From assembly GCA_050084515.1 (NCBI GenBank), contig CM114271.1:13020001-13084000 (forward strand): DNA of 64,000 nt, written 5' to 3'. Of the stretch, positions 14,489-27,488 are shown one piece after another. Each line of letters opens with the position of its first letter. Positions within the stretch are counted from its first letter, which is position 1. The position numbers and the translations under genes were made by a program. The DNA is from Blasia pusilla. Lineage: Eukaryota. Under the pieces are notes generated by a model. That model searched no databases and was not told the origin of the DNA. It saw only the letters and a list, made by a program, of their open reading frames with translations.

Positions 14489-17012
14489 AACCTAATGTCG
14501 GAGCTACATGTATTTATGTGAGGCACCAATAGGCGAGCTAGAAGAATCAACCCAAATGTTTTGGAACTTCTTAGGCCACAACCAATTAAAGATTGATGGT
14601 CAATCGAGTTTCCTTCTATTGGAAACTATCACATGCAATCGATATGGAACAACCCTTTTGGTGCAAATTTAGCGGAAACGGACGTGGCATGCTTTGCGTT
14701 GAAAATCGACCATGGCACAAACGGAATATAAAAAATATAATAGGGTGAATTCAAATTGAAGTAGAGACAAATTCCAGCCAGCTACACATGTGTGTATTCC
14801 ATACCAATTCAACAAATGGTTGATAATCGAGAGATGAATGAATGATGGACTTGTCCAAAATGTCGGTGTCTCTCCAAAATGCCCTACTCCAGGCTCTTTA
14901 ATCAATAAAAAGGAAGTCAAAGGTTGGATATAAGAATAAGTGGGATCAAGACTAGGAGACGGTAGCCGGTAGATCCGGGCCGCTTGTGGCCTTCACGTGA
15001 TTCTCCCTCTTTTAGCTCCCGTGGGTTCCCATCACCCCTTTTTATTCAGCGAATTGTCCACGAGTTGTTTCAAATGGAGCCCGATCATTAACACACGGTC
15101 TAGGTCAAAATTCAGCGGAGGAGCTTCCAACAAATTGAATCAAATCAACTGTCGAGCTGAGGCGATGCATCTGAGTCCAAAAAGTTAGAAAGTTTCAAAA
15201 GCTTACATCACAAAAATTACAAATATGTTTCATCCAATGAAATCTATTTTCAATTTTTTTAATCAAGAAACTGCTCAAGTCTCGGACACCGACAGTCTCG
15301 AGATTACTACTCTGCGAGCGGTGATAGGCAGACGCTAGGTAGATTTCCCGAAAGCCGGAATATCGGCACAACATGATTTAGGAATCGAGAGGGTTCTGTT
15401 GCTATGTGTACGTAATTACATGGAAGGTTCCCGACGGACGTTGACACAAATGAAGGTGGAAGCGCGCATGAGTCAGCCATGGATGCTAATGTGCCAGTGG
15501 GAAGCTACAAGCCTGGATCTACGCAGTGCGAATTGACCGCCTGAAGAAACGAACTCCATAGCCTGAATCTGCTCTGTGCGGGCCCGGCTTGGGGCTCGGA
15601 ACATGCTCTCGCAAGCTGGTAATGCCCCATCACCGCCGAGTACTCACTTGCCATGCGCATCAATTTCGCGGCGAAGTCTTGAGAATTCTAGTGACTGGAC
15701 TGAGCTGGCGAGAGTTTAAAACGAAAACGACCTTGCTTGATATAGATGGAAACGTGGAATCGATCCGGGACGGCTTACTAACCTGGAACGATCTTGAGGT
15801 AGCCCGGTATGCTCCAAATACATTCCGATCGAGGACTGTTCATTGGTGAGAGACGATCCGGAGCCTCAGGCGGGGGTCCTCATCCGCCTTAGTTGCACGA
15901 CTGTTTCACGTATCTCTCTGGCCGCATTCAGTACTAGTAACACAAATCAAGTGGATCGGTCTCACTAGCAGTTCAAGCCCTAGACCGCAAAGACTCACCC
16001 GCCATCGATATCAGGTTGTCGTGGTGGATTTAAGTCTATATAGTATAGCCCGTGCTACTTTCTCCTGGCACAGAAAATCAAGTGCTTAGCCTCGATCTGG
16101 TTCCATCCCTCACAAAGAGAGCTGCAGCTGGTCCTTCAGGCTCCATCTTAACGATCGAATCCGGATCGTATCTATCGGCTTCAATCACTAGTTGAAGGAT
16201 TCGTCAGACACGAGACTCGAGATAGATCTGATTTTGTACTGGTCGATAATCTTTCATCGAATGCTCAGACGGTCGCGAAGACACTTCATTTGAGAGAAGT
16301 GTATTTCTGTTAAGGGGATGTCGATTTAAGCGTGGTGGAGTTCTTTTCCTCACGATCGAGGCGTTCAAACTTTCAAGGTAAGAACAGATAGAAGTTCCAT
16401 CTTTGCAATCGAAAATGTTCTGTAATTTTGGTCCTAAATTATCTTGGACTCTTGGACTAATGGTCGTACAGAATCATCCCTCAAGTTTCTCCCTACGGGA
16501 ACTTTTACTACGTTCAGTCTAAGTAGTGAGGTCTCCATCCTACTCAATCCTGTACAGAAAGTAGGACTTCCATGCTCCGATTACCAAAGCGATTATATCA
16601 AGAGGACATCCGATTCAGTCATACAGCACTTGAACATTATCATACTTCCATGGCCGGTTGATGACTGTATATCGAAGATTTTCCTTTATTTTGTAATGAC
16701 GACCGCCAGTACGTAGAATCTCACGATACAATACATCGCAAGCTTTCCCATTAGATCCAGATCGATTTAATCTCAGCCAGACTGGCATGTATTACATTGT
16801 CAAGTCTTGCAAGCGTTAATTGATCTTTTGAATAGTAACCACGAATCAAATTGTATACACGAGTTCTTTCGTTCAACTTGTCCAGATCGATGTACATATT
16901 ATGATCTGAAAGTCCAATATATAAAGCATGCAAACACCTAATCGGCTGTCGTAGCACTTGTACCATTACTATCTCGATCTGACTCCAAACTTTGTGTCTT
17001 CTCTGTAGAGAT

Positions 17013-18508
17013 ATGACTTCTACTCGTGCAATGTTACAACTTGTGGTGTGTGCGTTGGTACTCCTCTCTAGCGGCGCCAGGCTTGTCAGTGCTTCGGATG
17101 GCCCTTACGCCCGTTTTAGTTGGACACCTGCGCATGCCACATTCTATGGAGGTGCGGACGCTAGTGGTACCCAAGGTAAGAATAGTTACTGCACCTCCCC
17201 GGAAAATGGTCTTATGTTTCAAAAGAAATGTCCATATTCTTAGAATCAGTAAGAGACATGGCCGTTCTTGTTATTAATTGCAGCCTAAAGGTCCGCTTTA
17301 CGTTAATGAACTGTCCAGAAGAGCTCAGCAGTGATCATTTGACCATCAATTGGCAATCTTCGAACGGAGTCTAGACTTCGTCCAGTTGATAGTTTTGATG
17401 GCAGTCCGCTTGAAGGCGGCCGCGGGAGATGTATGTTAAGTTCTGATTGCAATTCCTTGCTGTTCGACCTCCAGGCGGTGCTTGCGGCTACGGAAACATG
17501 TACGCCAGGGGCTATGGCGTGAAGACAACCGCCCTGAGTTACACATTGTTCAACAACGGGCTCTCTTGCGGAGCCTGCTTTCAAATCAAGTGTGATTTGT
17601 CCTTGAAGCCAAGGTGGTGCTATGCTTCTGGTGGGTCGGTCACTGTAACCGCAACCAACTCATGCCCACCTAACTGGAGTAAGCCCAGCGATAACGGAGG
17701 TTGGTGCAACCCTCCCAGAGTGCACTTCGATCTGGCGTATCCCATGTTCACCAAGCTGTCCCAGGCAGTCGCTGGCATCATCCCGATCCAGTACCGCAGG
17801 TAAATTAAGGTGTCGTTAAATTGGACCATAATGATGGATGCTGCTGGTCGCGATCGAGCATTATGGCCGATGCATGCATACATAGATATACAACAGTTTC
17901 GCAATAGATGGAAAGATTCGAACGTAAGACTGAACCAGCCGATTCGGCATTCTGCTTTGAACCATCTGTTTGCTTCAACTAGTCGAAGTAAACCTATGGT
18001 TTGACCGATCGGTGGGCACGACTGTCAACGGATTCGAGCTGTTGCTTCTTCTCAATTGACAGTGCATGTGAAAGCGGAGTTCATTTGCCAGTAGTCATTT
18101 CTAGACTGTCATGAACGTACTAAGGGTGGTACCTCGGAACTGCTTCATGTGGTGCAGAGCTCATACTAATATATATGTATTTACTCTGTGAATAATTTCA
18201 GGGTGACTTGCATCAGGAGCGGAGGAATCCGATTCACGATTAACGGCAACCCATGGTTTAACCTCGTGCTTGTGCACAACGTGGGTGGGGCCGGAAACGT
18301 CGTGAGACTTTACATCAAGGGCAGCGGCAGCACCTGGTATCAGATGAGCAGTAACTGGGGTGCGAACTGGGAAGATCATCATAAACTCACTGGCCAAGCG
18401 ATCTCGTTCAAGGCAGTTCTTGGTACCGGTGTGACCAAGACCTTCTCTTCCGTCGCCGACACCTACTGGCAACATGGCCAGACCTTCGAAGCTGACTATA
18501 ATTTCTAA
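17013..18508 (+). CDS. EXPA: Alpha-expansin; exons 17013-17175, 17475-17799, 18202-18508
   Basis: Signal peptide, then [29 protein letters not shown]-like [35 protein letters not shown] (HFD motif), [30 protein letters not shown] introns keep the frame. Alternative start at 17031. Confidence 0.96.
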
Positions 18509-20906
18509 TAGGTTATGTGTTAAACTAATCGCCCTCAAGCCGACTTGTCGAATCAAATTTAATTTCTTATGAAATCAGGCCTGCGCCAAACTCATCGTCA
18601 AACGCCTGCCCTTGATATCAAGTCACGTGTGCAGGTCGTCAACACTGGGCGGATCTCGCAAACGCTATAGACGGGGTGGCTTCTGCATCGCACAAGCTTT
18701 ACAAAAGGTCTGCATTCCTTGGCCCCTGTACCATTCAGCAAGCACGAGCTCGAGCTTGATGGACTACAATGGGAAGGGTCGAAAGTTGTCTCCACACGCT
18801 TGATCAGGGCCAGACAGGCAGGCAGGCAGAAACCGAGAGAAAAGAGTATTCTTCAGTTCAAACTCGAACGTTTGGGTAGATTTAGGACCAGCGATAGTCC
18901 CCGGAAATCTCAAGATCAGATCAGATCCTCTGCATTTAGCCGATCGATTTCTGATTGTAGTTAAGCAGTCCTGGCAAGCTCAGCTACCAAGCCAAGTCTG
19001 AAGGCGACATTCCACTGACTGGTGGTCACCCTCAACAGTTCTGCGAGTGCCGTTTTCCGGAGAAGATTCGTAGTTACGTAGCGAATTCCACCAATAAATG
19101 ACCCTCTAGTGTTTTCAAGACATTAAGAACAGCTGTCAATCCGTGTTGATCGAGAGCTTGAGATTTTAGGTACGAAAGAGCCTATGTATATTCTTTCTTT
19201 GATTTGCAATACTGTAATCATTGATAAATTCAAATGGTTTATGTGAATTTCATCTTAAATTTTCAGCTAAAATACTAGAACCGGTCTAGGTTCATTTAAA
19301 GCTCGCCCAAACCTAACTTGCCGAGTCCTCAACCTTGCTATTCGGCTAGCTCCTCAGATGTGAATGTGCTCCTCCCTGGTGACGTGCATCTTGTCGAGCT
19401 TTTGTCATTAACTCAATTTAGGGTCGGCTTTTCACCCTCATCAACGGTTCTCAACATGAAGACCACCCACCCACTTTCGCTCATTGGACATCTTCAGCAC
19501 CAAGCTCATTCAATTCTCAGATCCTCGTAATAGCCAGCTCCTCACAGGACCGGGCATTTGAGAGACATTGCCTAAAAAATTCTTACCCACACATCATGGT
19601 CACCGACAGGCAGTGCTGATGCTTGGAGAAAATGGTGTGAAGCATGTGAAGAGGTCTCTCGGATTTGGAAGGTATAGTTAGGCATTGGGCGTTTGTCTTC
19701 TGCATTCTGTTTCAATAGCATATCTCGGGGAAATTCTCCCGCAGAGCTCTCGTCGTGTAGTACTCGGACTGAGATCGACCCTGGAGCAACTCGGTGTTGC
19801 ACTTCGGCAACAGATGACGACGTGCAGTCGCAAGTAACAAGTATTTATAGGTAACCTATTTTTTCCATAGTCGTGCAAAGTAACACACTCCACCATATTT
19901 GTGCAAACATCAGAACTACATTCCCCCTACTACTTTAACAGCTAGCTGAATAGTTGTGCACAAGCTGTACAGATAATTTTCAAGAACAGGCTGCCGCATA
20001 TTACTAGTTGTGTGACAGCACGGTACATTCCAACACTCGAATAGCAAGTTGACTAGTACTGCACAAGTTGGACAGATGTTTCCTCGCCCGCAATAGCTGG
20101 TGTGTGCAAGTTCTTCCCCAATCACGTAGATAAGAAACATTTGTCGCAAGGGGCTCTACCCTCGTGCTCCAAGGGGAGAGACCCGTACTTGAGTAGATTC
20201 TTATTAAAACATAGTGAGGTACCCACTTCCCAAACTCTCAGAAAGGACGATTTAAAGCTGAAATTGTTCTTAAAAACTACAACAAATTAATCTTGGGAAA
20301 GTATATCTCCTTTCAAACTTACTTTTCGCTACTGTTTTTGGAAATTTAATTACACAGATCTTCCAACATTGATCATGTGATTCAGTGGCCAAATCAAATG
20401 ACTGTTACAGCGGATCGGAAGAACGCAGCAATTACAGCGAAGCAGATTGTTGGATTAGTGGACAAAGATTAGGTCGCTCATTCATTTCTTCAAACATGAA
20501 CTCCGTGAGATGGTCTTCCAGCGAAGGCAAGGCGAAACTGAACTACAGATATGTACACAATGCCGATACATATTTACCATTGACAGTTGTCTTCCATACT
20601 CCAAATCCTGCAAAGTAAGCATCCAGTGTGGTCATGATTCCAGAACAGACTTTTCACTCTTCATCTCCAATAATTCGTCGTATGGTACAATTATCCGTAT
20701 GCTACAATTTGGTACCCCTTTTGTATCCCAAACACGGTCTCAGAACCTCACGATCGAAGCTCCGAGGCACATAGGCAACGCCATCTTACACACATGCCCT
20801 TTTCCGTAAATACTCCTGTCTCTACCCTTATGATTCATACCTAGGATCATGACATCTTCCCCAAAAGTAAAATGGATAACATTTCAATCCTGTCATTCAC
20901 GTGCGT

Positions 20907-21746
20907 TCACTTCGCAACCGGCCCGCCTCCCCCAAAGTACTTCCAAACACCATAGGCAGCCGCACCCGCTAGGAACACTCCAACGCTCGGAGTGAACAGA
21001 GGATACACGACATTGACAGCGAATTCGTCCCACTCTTCAGGCAGGAAACCTGCCACCGAGACAATGGAGGCTCAGAATTCGGGAAGTCCATGAAAAAAAA
21101 ATTAGAAGGAAATCGAAAATATGAAACTAAGAAAATTTCTCGTGAAAGACAACAGACGTGAGGAGACGACACTCATCAACGCGTCTGCAGTAAGTAACAG
21201 AGGAAAACTTAATGTACCGGATGCTGCGAGAACAATCCCCTCCAATAAGATGCCGGAGAATAGGAACACAAGAGCTCCAACAGCAGCAGTCTCGAATTGT
21301 TGAGTTTGCTCGTCTGTTTGCACTCCTATGAGTGGTTTCGCGGGAGCAGGCCGTCGAACACTAGATGATGAAGTAGACGACGGCTTCTTCTTCTCCGCCG
21401 GTGCTTTAGGCGCTCCAAAACCTACTCCCCTCGCCTTCGATGATGAGTCATTAGAAAAGTCCGTGGCGGTTCCAACCCTATCACTCTCCTCTCCCACTTT
21501 CGCGATCCATGATCCCCCGTAATTCCTCTGTTTCAGTGCGTAATTTCTCTGTTCCAGTGCCCCAACTCGTCCTTGCGAATTCAGCTTGCACTCCTGCGAC
21601 ACTATCGTACACGCCACACACCTCCTCCAGTCTACTTTTGTGCTGTGAAGAAATCTTTCCGCTCCCCTGTTCGCATCAGAAAGCCTCGGACCGATTCTGC
21701 TATCTACAGCGTTCAGTGTGAACCTCCTCGCCATGTCGCAGAACAT
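20907..21746 (-). CDS. LPA2: LOW PSII ACCUMULATION 2-like thylakoid membrane protein; exons 21746-21218 and 21049-20907
   Basis: Transit-peptide-like N-terminus, a GFG motif, then ILLEGIVLAASG|FLPEEWDEFAVNVVYPLFTPSVGVFLAGAAAYGVWKY with two TM helices, matching the LPA2 C-terminus as I recall it; canonical GT-AG intron. Start could be 21734. Confidence 0.85.
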
Positions 21747-22157
21747 CTGTGTGTACAATTGGCTGCAACCGGACCCAGATTGCCCAGCCCTCGTAGACAA
21801 TCCCAACCGGAGAGAGCAGATTCGAGCGCCCCCTATCCTGTCATTTGAAGATTAGGATACGGGGAGAAAGGAATTCCGTCCCGGGCGAGTTAAGTGGCGT
21901 CTCAAATAAACCCCCGTAAACAAGTCTGCGGCCCCAATTCGGCACAGTGACTGAAGTAAGCCCAAGGAGAGCGATGGTACACAATAAATATCACGCTGAC
22001 CCAGAGCAAATATGAAGTGGGGTATAATGTTGAGCGAGTAGGTGGTCGGATAAAAAAAGGAGGATCGTTTCATTACGCGGTGAAGGCCGCCGGTTGATTA
22101 GACTGTGAAGGCAGCCGATAAAGTATTTACGAAGTTTAAAGCACTTTTGTTGGAATA

Positions 22158-22290
22158 CTAGTCATCGAAATGCACGGGTGAAACCGGTCCCGTCCACCTT
22201 AATTTAATTATTAGCTCGTGTTAAACCCATCCCATATCAACACAAGAAGGTCTAAAATGCTTAAATTCCAAACTCTTTTAATAATATAGA
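22158..22290 (-). mobile_element. 133-bp mini-Helitron upstream of LPA2
   Basis: Minus strand begins A|TCTATATTATTAAAAGAG (same as 9496) and ends CTAG|T, with a subterminal stem acggg...cccgt (~22174-22193). Confidence 0.65.
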
Positions 22291-23259
22291 TTACGGGAGA
22301 TGCATAGACCAAATGCATTTACTATTGTAGCCGCAATTTTCAAGTAGTTTTCGAGAGGATGATGAACATGATAGATAGGCAATAATTATGAGAGTCAAGG
22401 GTAGCTATTTATCATGGGCTACTAAAGTTGTGATTAAGTAAGATGATTGTATACAAAAAGCAAGACAATTCATATGAAATGGCACAGAATTGTGTGAATT
22501 TTGCAACACTTAATTTCAATGACCTAAGATTTCAAGTATGAAAGGTATATGAAAGTAAGAACCTGAACCATTATATTATTTACCAACGACAAAAGAAGTG
22601 ATACATAGTGGACAGAGAAGCTATGACAACTAAAATGATTGGCAATAAAGCAATTAATTCAAAAACAATATGCTTATAACTCACGATGCATAAAGATATG
22701 AACAGGAATCTGTAATCAAAGAACGCAGCAGAGTCGAGTTGTAGTGGCATGATTCATGTGTCTCAAACAAGGAAACACAACTGACTGAATGCATACAGTA
22801 GGGGCATATTCAAAACCTTCTGCAATTGATACGAAGTACTGCTCATACATTTGGAACACTAGTATAGATAGTAGTGAACCGAGCTATTACAAAAATGAGT
22901 GCTAGGAAGCAACTATGTCTGTTGTGATGACAAGGGCAGTTCAACGAAACATAGGTAACAATATGAAAAAACCAGGAAATATAAAAAGAGTAAGTTTATT
23001 GCAATTAGGAGAGTAGTAGGTTCCAAAATGTTTAGGGTGAAGCTGTCGCTAATGCAAAGTAGAGGTTATTTGACACTGCAAAGAGTCTCCAAAGAAGACT
23101 AGAAGAGTAATTACAGAATTTAGTGAGACGGATTAGTAGATAGTTGTAACAAACCTGTTTTGTGTTGAGTATTGTAAGAATGTCATTTCTATGACATTCC
23201 TTCTTCTATACTTCTCGCAAATAAAGCATTTATTTTTACATTGAAGGTGAAATTGGTAA

Positions 23260-24730
23260 GTGTGATTTTTGAGCTCGTGGTCATAACTCCATTTTTCTCA
23301 AAACTTTGCAAGAGTGCTACAAACGCAACTTGGGAAAGTTGGACATGATGAAAAATGAAAAAAAAAACCTTCTTTCCATTGAAGGTTAAGTGGTTCAGGG
23401 CCAAAAGGTACTTACATATTTTTGAGGTTTTCCTCACAATTCCATTTTGGTTGAAACTTGGCAAGAGTGGAACAAGCACCTTGGAAACCATGTAGAAAAA
23501 AATTCAGCTCAAGATGGGAAAGTTAGACAAGGTGGAAAATGAAAAAAGCCTTATTTTGATAGAAGGTCTGATGGTTCGTGTCCAAAAAGGAGTTAGAAAG
23601 TTTTGAGCTTTTGCTCACAACTTCATTTTGCCTAAAACTTGGAAAGAGTGCTAGGGTCACCTTGGGGACCATGCTGGCCAAATTTCAACTCAAGATGAAA
23701 AAGTTGGACCAGATGAAAAATGGAAAAACCTTATTTAGATAGAAGGTCTGATAATTCGGGTCCAAAAAGGAGTTAGTATTTTTTTACCTATTGTTCACAA
23801 CTCCATTTTTCCTAAAACTTGGAAAGAGTGCTAGATGCACCTTGGGGACCATTTTGGCCAAATTTCAACTCAAGATGACAAAGTTGGACAAGATAAAAAA
23901 TGAAGAAACCTTATTTTGATAGAAGGTTTGATGGTTCGGGTCCAAAAAGGACTTGTCAAATTTTGAGCTTGTGGTCCCAACTCCATTTTTCTTGAAAATT
24001 TGCAAGAATTCTAGATGCACCTTGGAGACCATGTGGACAAAATTTCACCTCAAGTTGAGAAAGCTGGAGAAGGTGAAATATCATAAGACATTCTTTTCAT
24101 TAAAGATTTAATGGATCGGGCCAAAAAGGAGTTAGTAATTCTTGAGCTTTTGCTCACAACTTCATTTTTCATGAAACTTGTCAAGAGTGCTAGATGCACC
24201 TTGGGGACCATACTGGCCAAATTTGAGCTCAAGATGACAAAGTTGGACAAGATGAAAAATGAAGAAACCTTATTTTGGTGAAAGGTGTGATGGTTCGGGT
24301 CCAAAAAGGAGTAAGTAATTTTTGGGCTTTTTCTCACAACTCCATTTTGCATGAAACTTTATCAGAGTTTAACATGCACTTTGGGGAACACGTGGGACAA
24401 ATTTCAGTTCAAAATATGAATGTTGGACAAGATAAAAAATTAAAAAATCCCTATTTTGATAGAAGGTCTGATGGTTCGGGTCCAAACTAGACTTGCCACT
24501 TTTTGAGCTTGTGGTCCCAACTCCATTTTTCTTCAAACTTGGCAAGAGTGCTAGATGCACCTTGGAGACAACTTGGGCTAAATTTTAGCTTAAGATGGAA
24601 ATGTTAGACAAGATGTCCGGTTAAAGACTTTTTTTTTCCATTCAAGGTTATATGCTTCGGGTCCAAAAGGTCATTTTAAACTTAATTTGGGATGAGACTT
24701 TGCCAGAGTGATAGATGTTACTTTGAGACC
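23260..24730. repeat. Tandem array of ~180-bp monomers, about 8 copies
   Basis: aagagtgctagatgcaccttggggacc-type motif recurs at ~23310, 23463, 23644, 23824, 24004, 24183, 24363, 24544 and 24705. Confidence 0.92.
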
Positions 24731-25046
24731 ATCTGCACTATTCTATAGAATGTTAGAAGAGTTCTTACATTTCACTCTTGTAAGTAATTAGACTCTTGCA
24801 ATCAAATGTAAATGATATCCTACTCCGTAGAGTAAATTCATCCTTCCATAAAATTCAAACCAAATCTATTTATTCTCCATTAAAATTCAATTCCCCTTTC
24901 CATTACATATGAATCAAGGCACCTCTGAATTTATTTATCTAACATTTTTTTGGAAATGTTTTACAAAAAATGAGAAATATCCCACAAAACATCTGGATTG
25001 CGAGGAACCTAATACTTATGTACATTACAAAGATATAAATATCAAC

Positions 25047-27340
25047 TCATTCTCTCTTATTTGATTCATCGTCCAATATATATAACACCGGTGCTGACGT
25101 CTCACCATTTCTTCCTCCTCTTTCCCTAGCTCTAGTCACGCGTATCCCACCTCCACGAGGAATAGTCCTTTCCAACTCAACATCAGCTTTACCATCATCA
25201 GTTTCTAGTGTTGGCTGTGTCGGAAACATCTCCCACTCTCTCTCAAAGAATCCAAAGAGTTCATCCTGCATTCGACGAGGGTAATAGTATGTTCGAGGAT
25301 ATCTGCCTTTAATCCTTTGAGGAATATCTTGCCATAAGAAAGGTGGCAAGATCAATTCGAGTCTCCTCAAAACAAGCTCATCCATCAATGGATTTTGATG
25401 ATGGTTTAGCACAAGTTGTCGAGTTGTGTTGAGGGCGTCTCGAACTTCTTGTAAATTCAACCCTTGAGCAAAGAAGAATTTTTCTGCCTCTCAATTTTGG
25501 AGATCAATGGTTGTTATGTGGATGAGCTCTCCTCAATCGTACATGTCAATGAAGCGGACCAACCACGCTCGCATTGCCCGATCAATCCTCCACTCGTGAG
25601 GGATTTATGCTTGAACCACCCTGTCTATATTCACTTCGAGATTATAGTTTGATCGGGGGCTAAGATGTCCCACACTGAAAGTGAAATTTTCTTGCTCTTG
25701 GGTTAATTTGCGATAAATGGGTGGTGCATTGCCATCAGGAGCATGGAAAGATATGCCGAAAAGGTGATAGAATCTTCCTGACCAAGCTTGTCTACAAGTT
25801 GGACACTTTTGAGATAGAAGCATGGCCTTTTGAAGACAATATGGATGTCAATAACAAGCTTTACATATGCCTGTCACTTAGCAACCTTCTGCAACAATGG
25901 GGTTGAAGCAGATCATGTATTTGGGGTAGTTTTTTGGCATGAGGGCTAAAGGCAAATACATGATCTGCTTCAACCCCATTGTTGGAGAAGGAGGCCTTCA
26001 CATATTGCAATTGCCTTTATCCAATCCAAAAGATATTGCACTTGTGTGTTCGGATTAAGAGGCATTGGTGCCAACATCATAGAGGCATAGTTTGCAGCGT
26101 TTGGATCTACGACATTGTCCCATGCTGTGCATAGAGCTAGAGGCCTCAACTCCTCGATAGGTTGAAATAAGATCATATCAACCTCCTTCACGAGACGACC
26201 CTCAAGTAGGGTTTTCTCGAGGGTGAGTTGTCCCACGTTACCTCTTGCTCTCCATCGCACCAATTCATCCATCTCTTGCTGTCGTCTTGCCATGATGTTC
26301 TTGTATGCTCTCCTTTATTGCTCTGTGTGGTCAACCATTACAACTCTTTGCCTTCTATGGAGGTCATCTCTGGCAATAGATTCGTTCAAAAGCCTCTCCA
26401 TCTCTTTCTTCAATCCAATGTAATCCTCATATAGTTGTTCATACTTCCCCTTCAAAAAGTTGAATTATGCAGCCAAATCAAGATTGAGTTGGGAATTTGC
26501 TATTAAACTCTCCAACTATGATAGACGAGATATTACCTCGCTATTTTTCGGAGCACTCTCCCCACGAATGGTTCAAGGAGGAGCACCGCTATATATAGGG
26601 CGATCAAAACTCTCCCCAGGCTCATCAAAACTTGTACTACGGCCTACATAGAAGTTATTCAAACCATCTCGTCTATCCTCCGCCCCCATCTGTACTCGCT
26701 CTTCATCTCCACTCTCATCTTGTATATATTCTTTAGTACGACAATTTCTTTTTTGACCATTTAAGAAAGATAGTATGGCTATAATGCTCTTTGACAATCC
26801 ACCTTGTTGATAATGGCGTGATGACGCTTGTGGTGATGAAGCTTCCACTCTTGCTTGTTTCAAGTGTTGTCGTGGGGTTCTACTGACATCTTCTCTTGGT
26901 CTCTTATCTCTTCTCAAAGACTCCTTATCCACATCGCCATATTGGACCTCCATTCCTTCATCAACTTCGCGACTTTGAGTTGAACAAATACCTTGCTCAT
27001 TGACTTCATCTTCCTCTTGGGAAGGTCTTCGTACTTTCACACACCATTGAATAAAGCCCAATCTTTTGTCCAATCATTCTCTTCCACTTTCCTTGCAAAT
27101 TATCCAATTGCACGCTCCGGCCACTTCAACCGTGACTTCTTGAACTCTCCTTTCAAAACTTGTGGATCAATGGCGCTTTCCAAGTGCGCCTTCAATTCAT
27201 ATTCTGTGACAAATTGCGAGATCGTCTTCTTGTTCATCTTCGGAGGGATCTCTAGTGTTGGTGTATCGAGGGGCTCCTCCCCTCTTCCGTTGTCGTGATT
27301 TTCGTGAGTGCTACGATCTTCATGAGGTGGCAACTCCATC
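25047..27340 (-). pseudogene. Decayed intronless ~750-codon ORF with coiled-coil and RING-finger-like region, probably TE-borne
   Basis: Minus-strand ORFs 27100-27417, 26573-27073, 25970-26293, 25605-25823 and 25047-25460 are collinear pieces broken by stops and frameshifts; they include a heptad-like stretch (KYEQLYEDYIGLKKEMERLLNE) and YMICFNPI...C...ICKACY.HPYC...KCPTCR. Confidence 0.55.
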
Positions 27341-27488
27341 TTGTCTTTTATCGAAATATAAAAAGAAAGGTGATTTAGAAATGATTCTAATAATAGGGAT
27401 ACAATGGCACACAACACATCCGCACATCAATCAAGATTCATCATTTACAAAATTTCATAGTAACATATTCATCTTTTTGAACCAAGTC

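Noticed and set aside
17303-18556. Minus-strand ORFs over the expansin
   Set aside because: Antisense shadows of real exons.
23260-24730. Possible CRISPR-like array
   Set aside because: Whole monomers repeat with no unique spacers; eukaryotic context; no cas genes.
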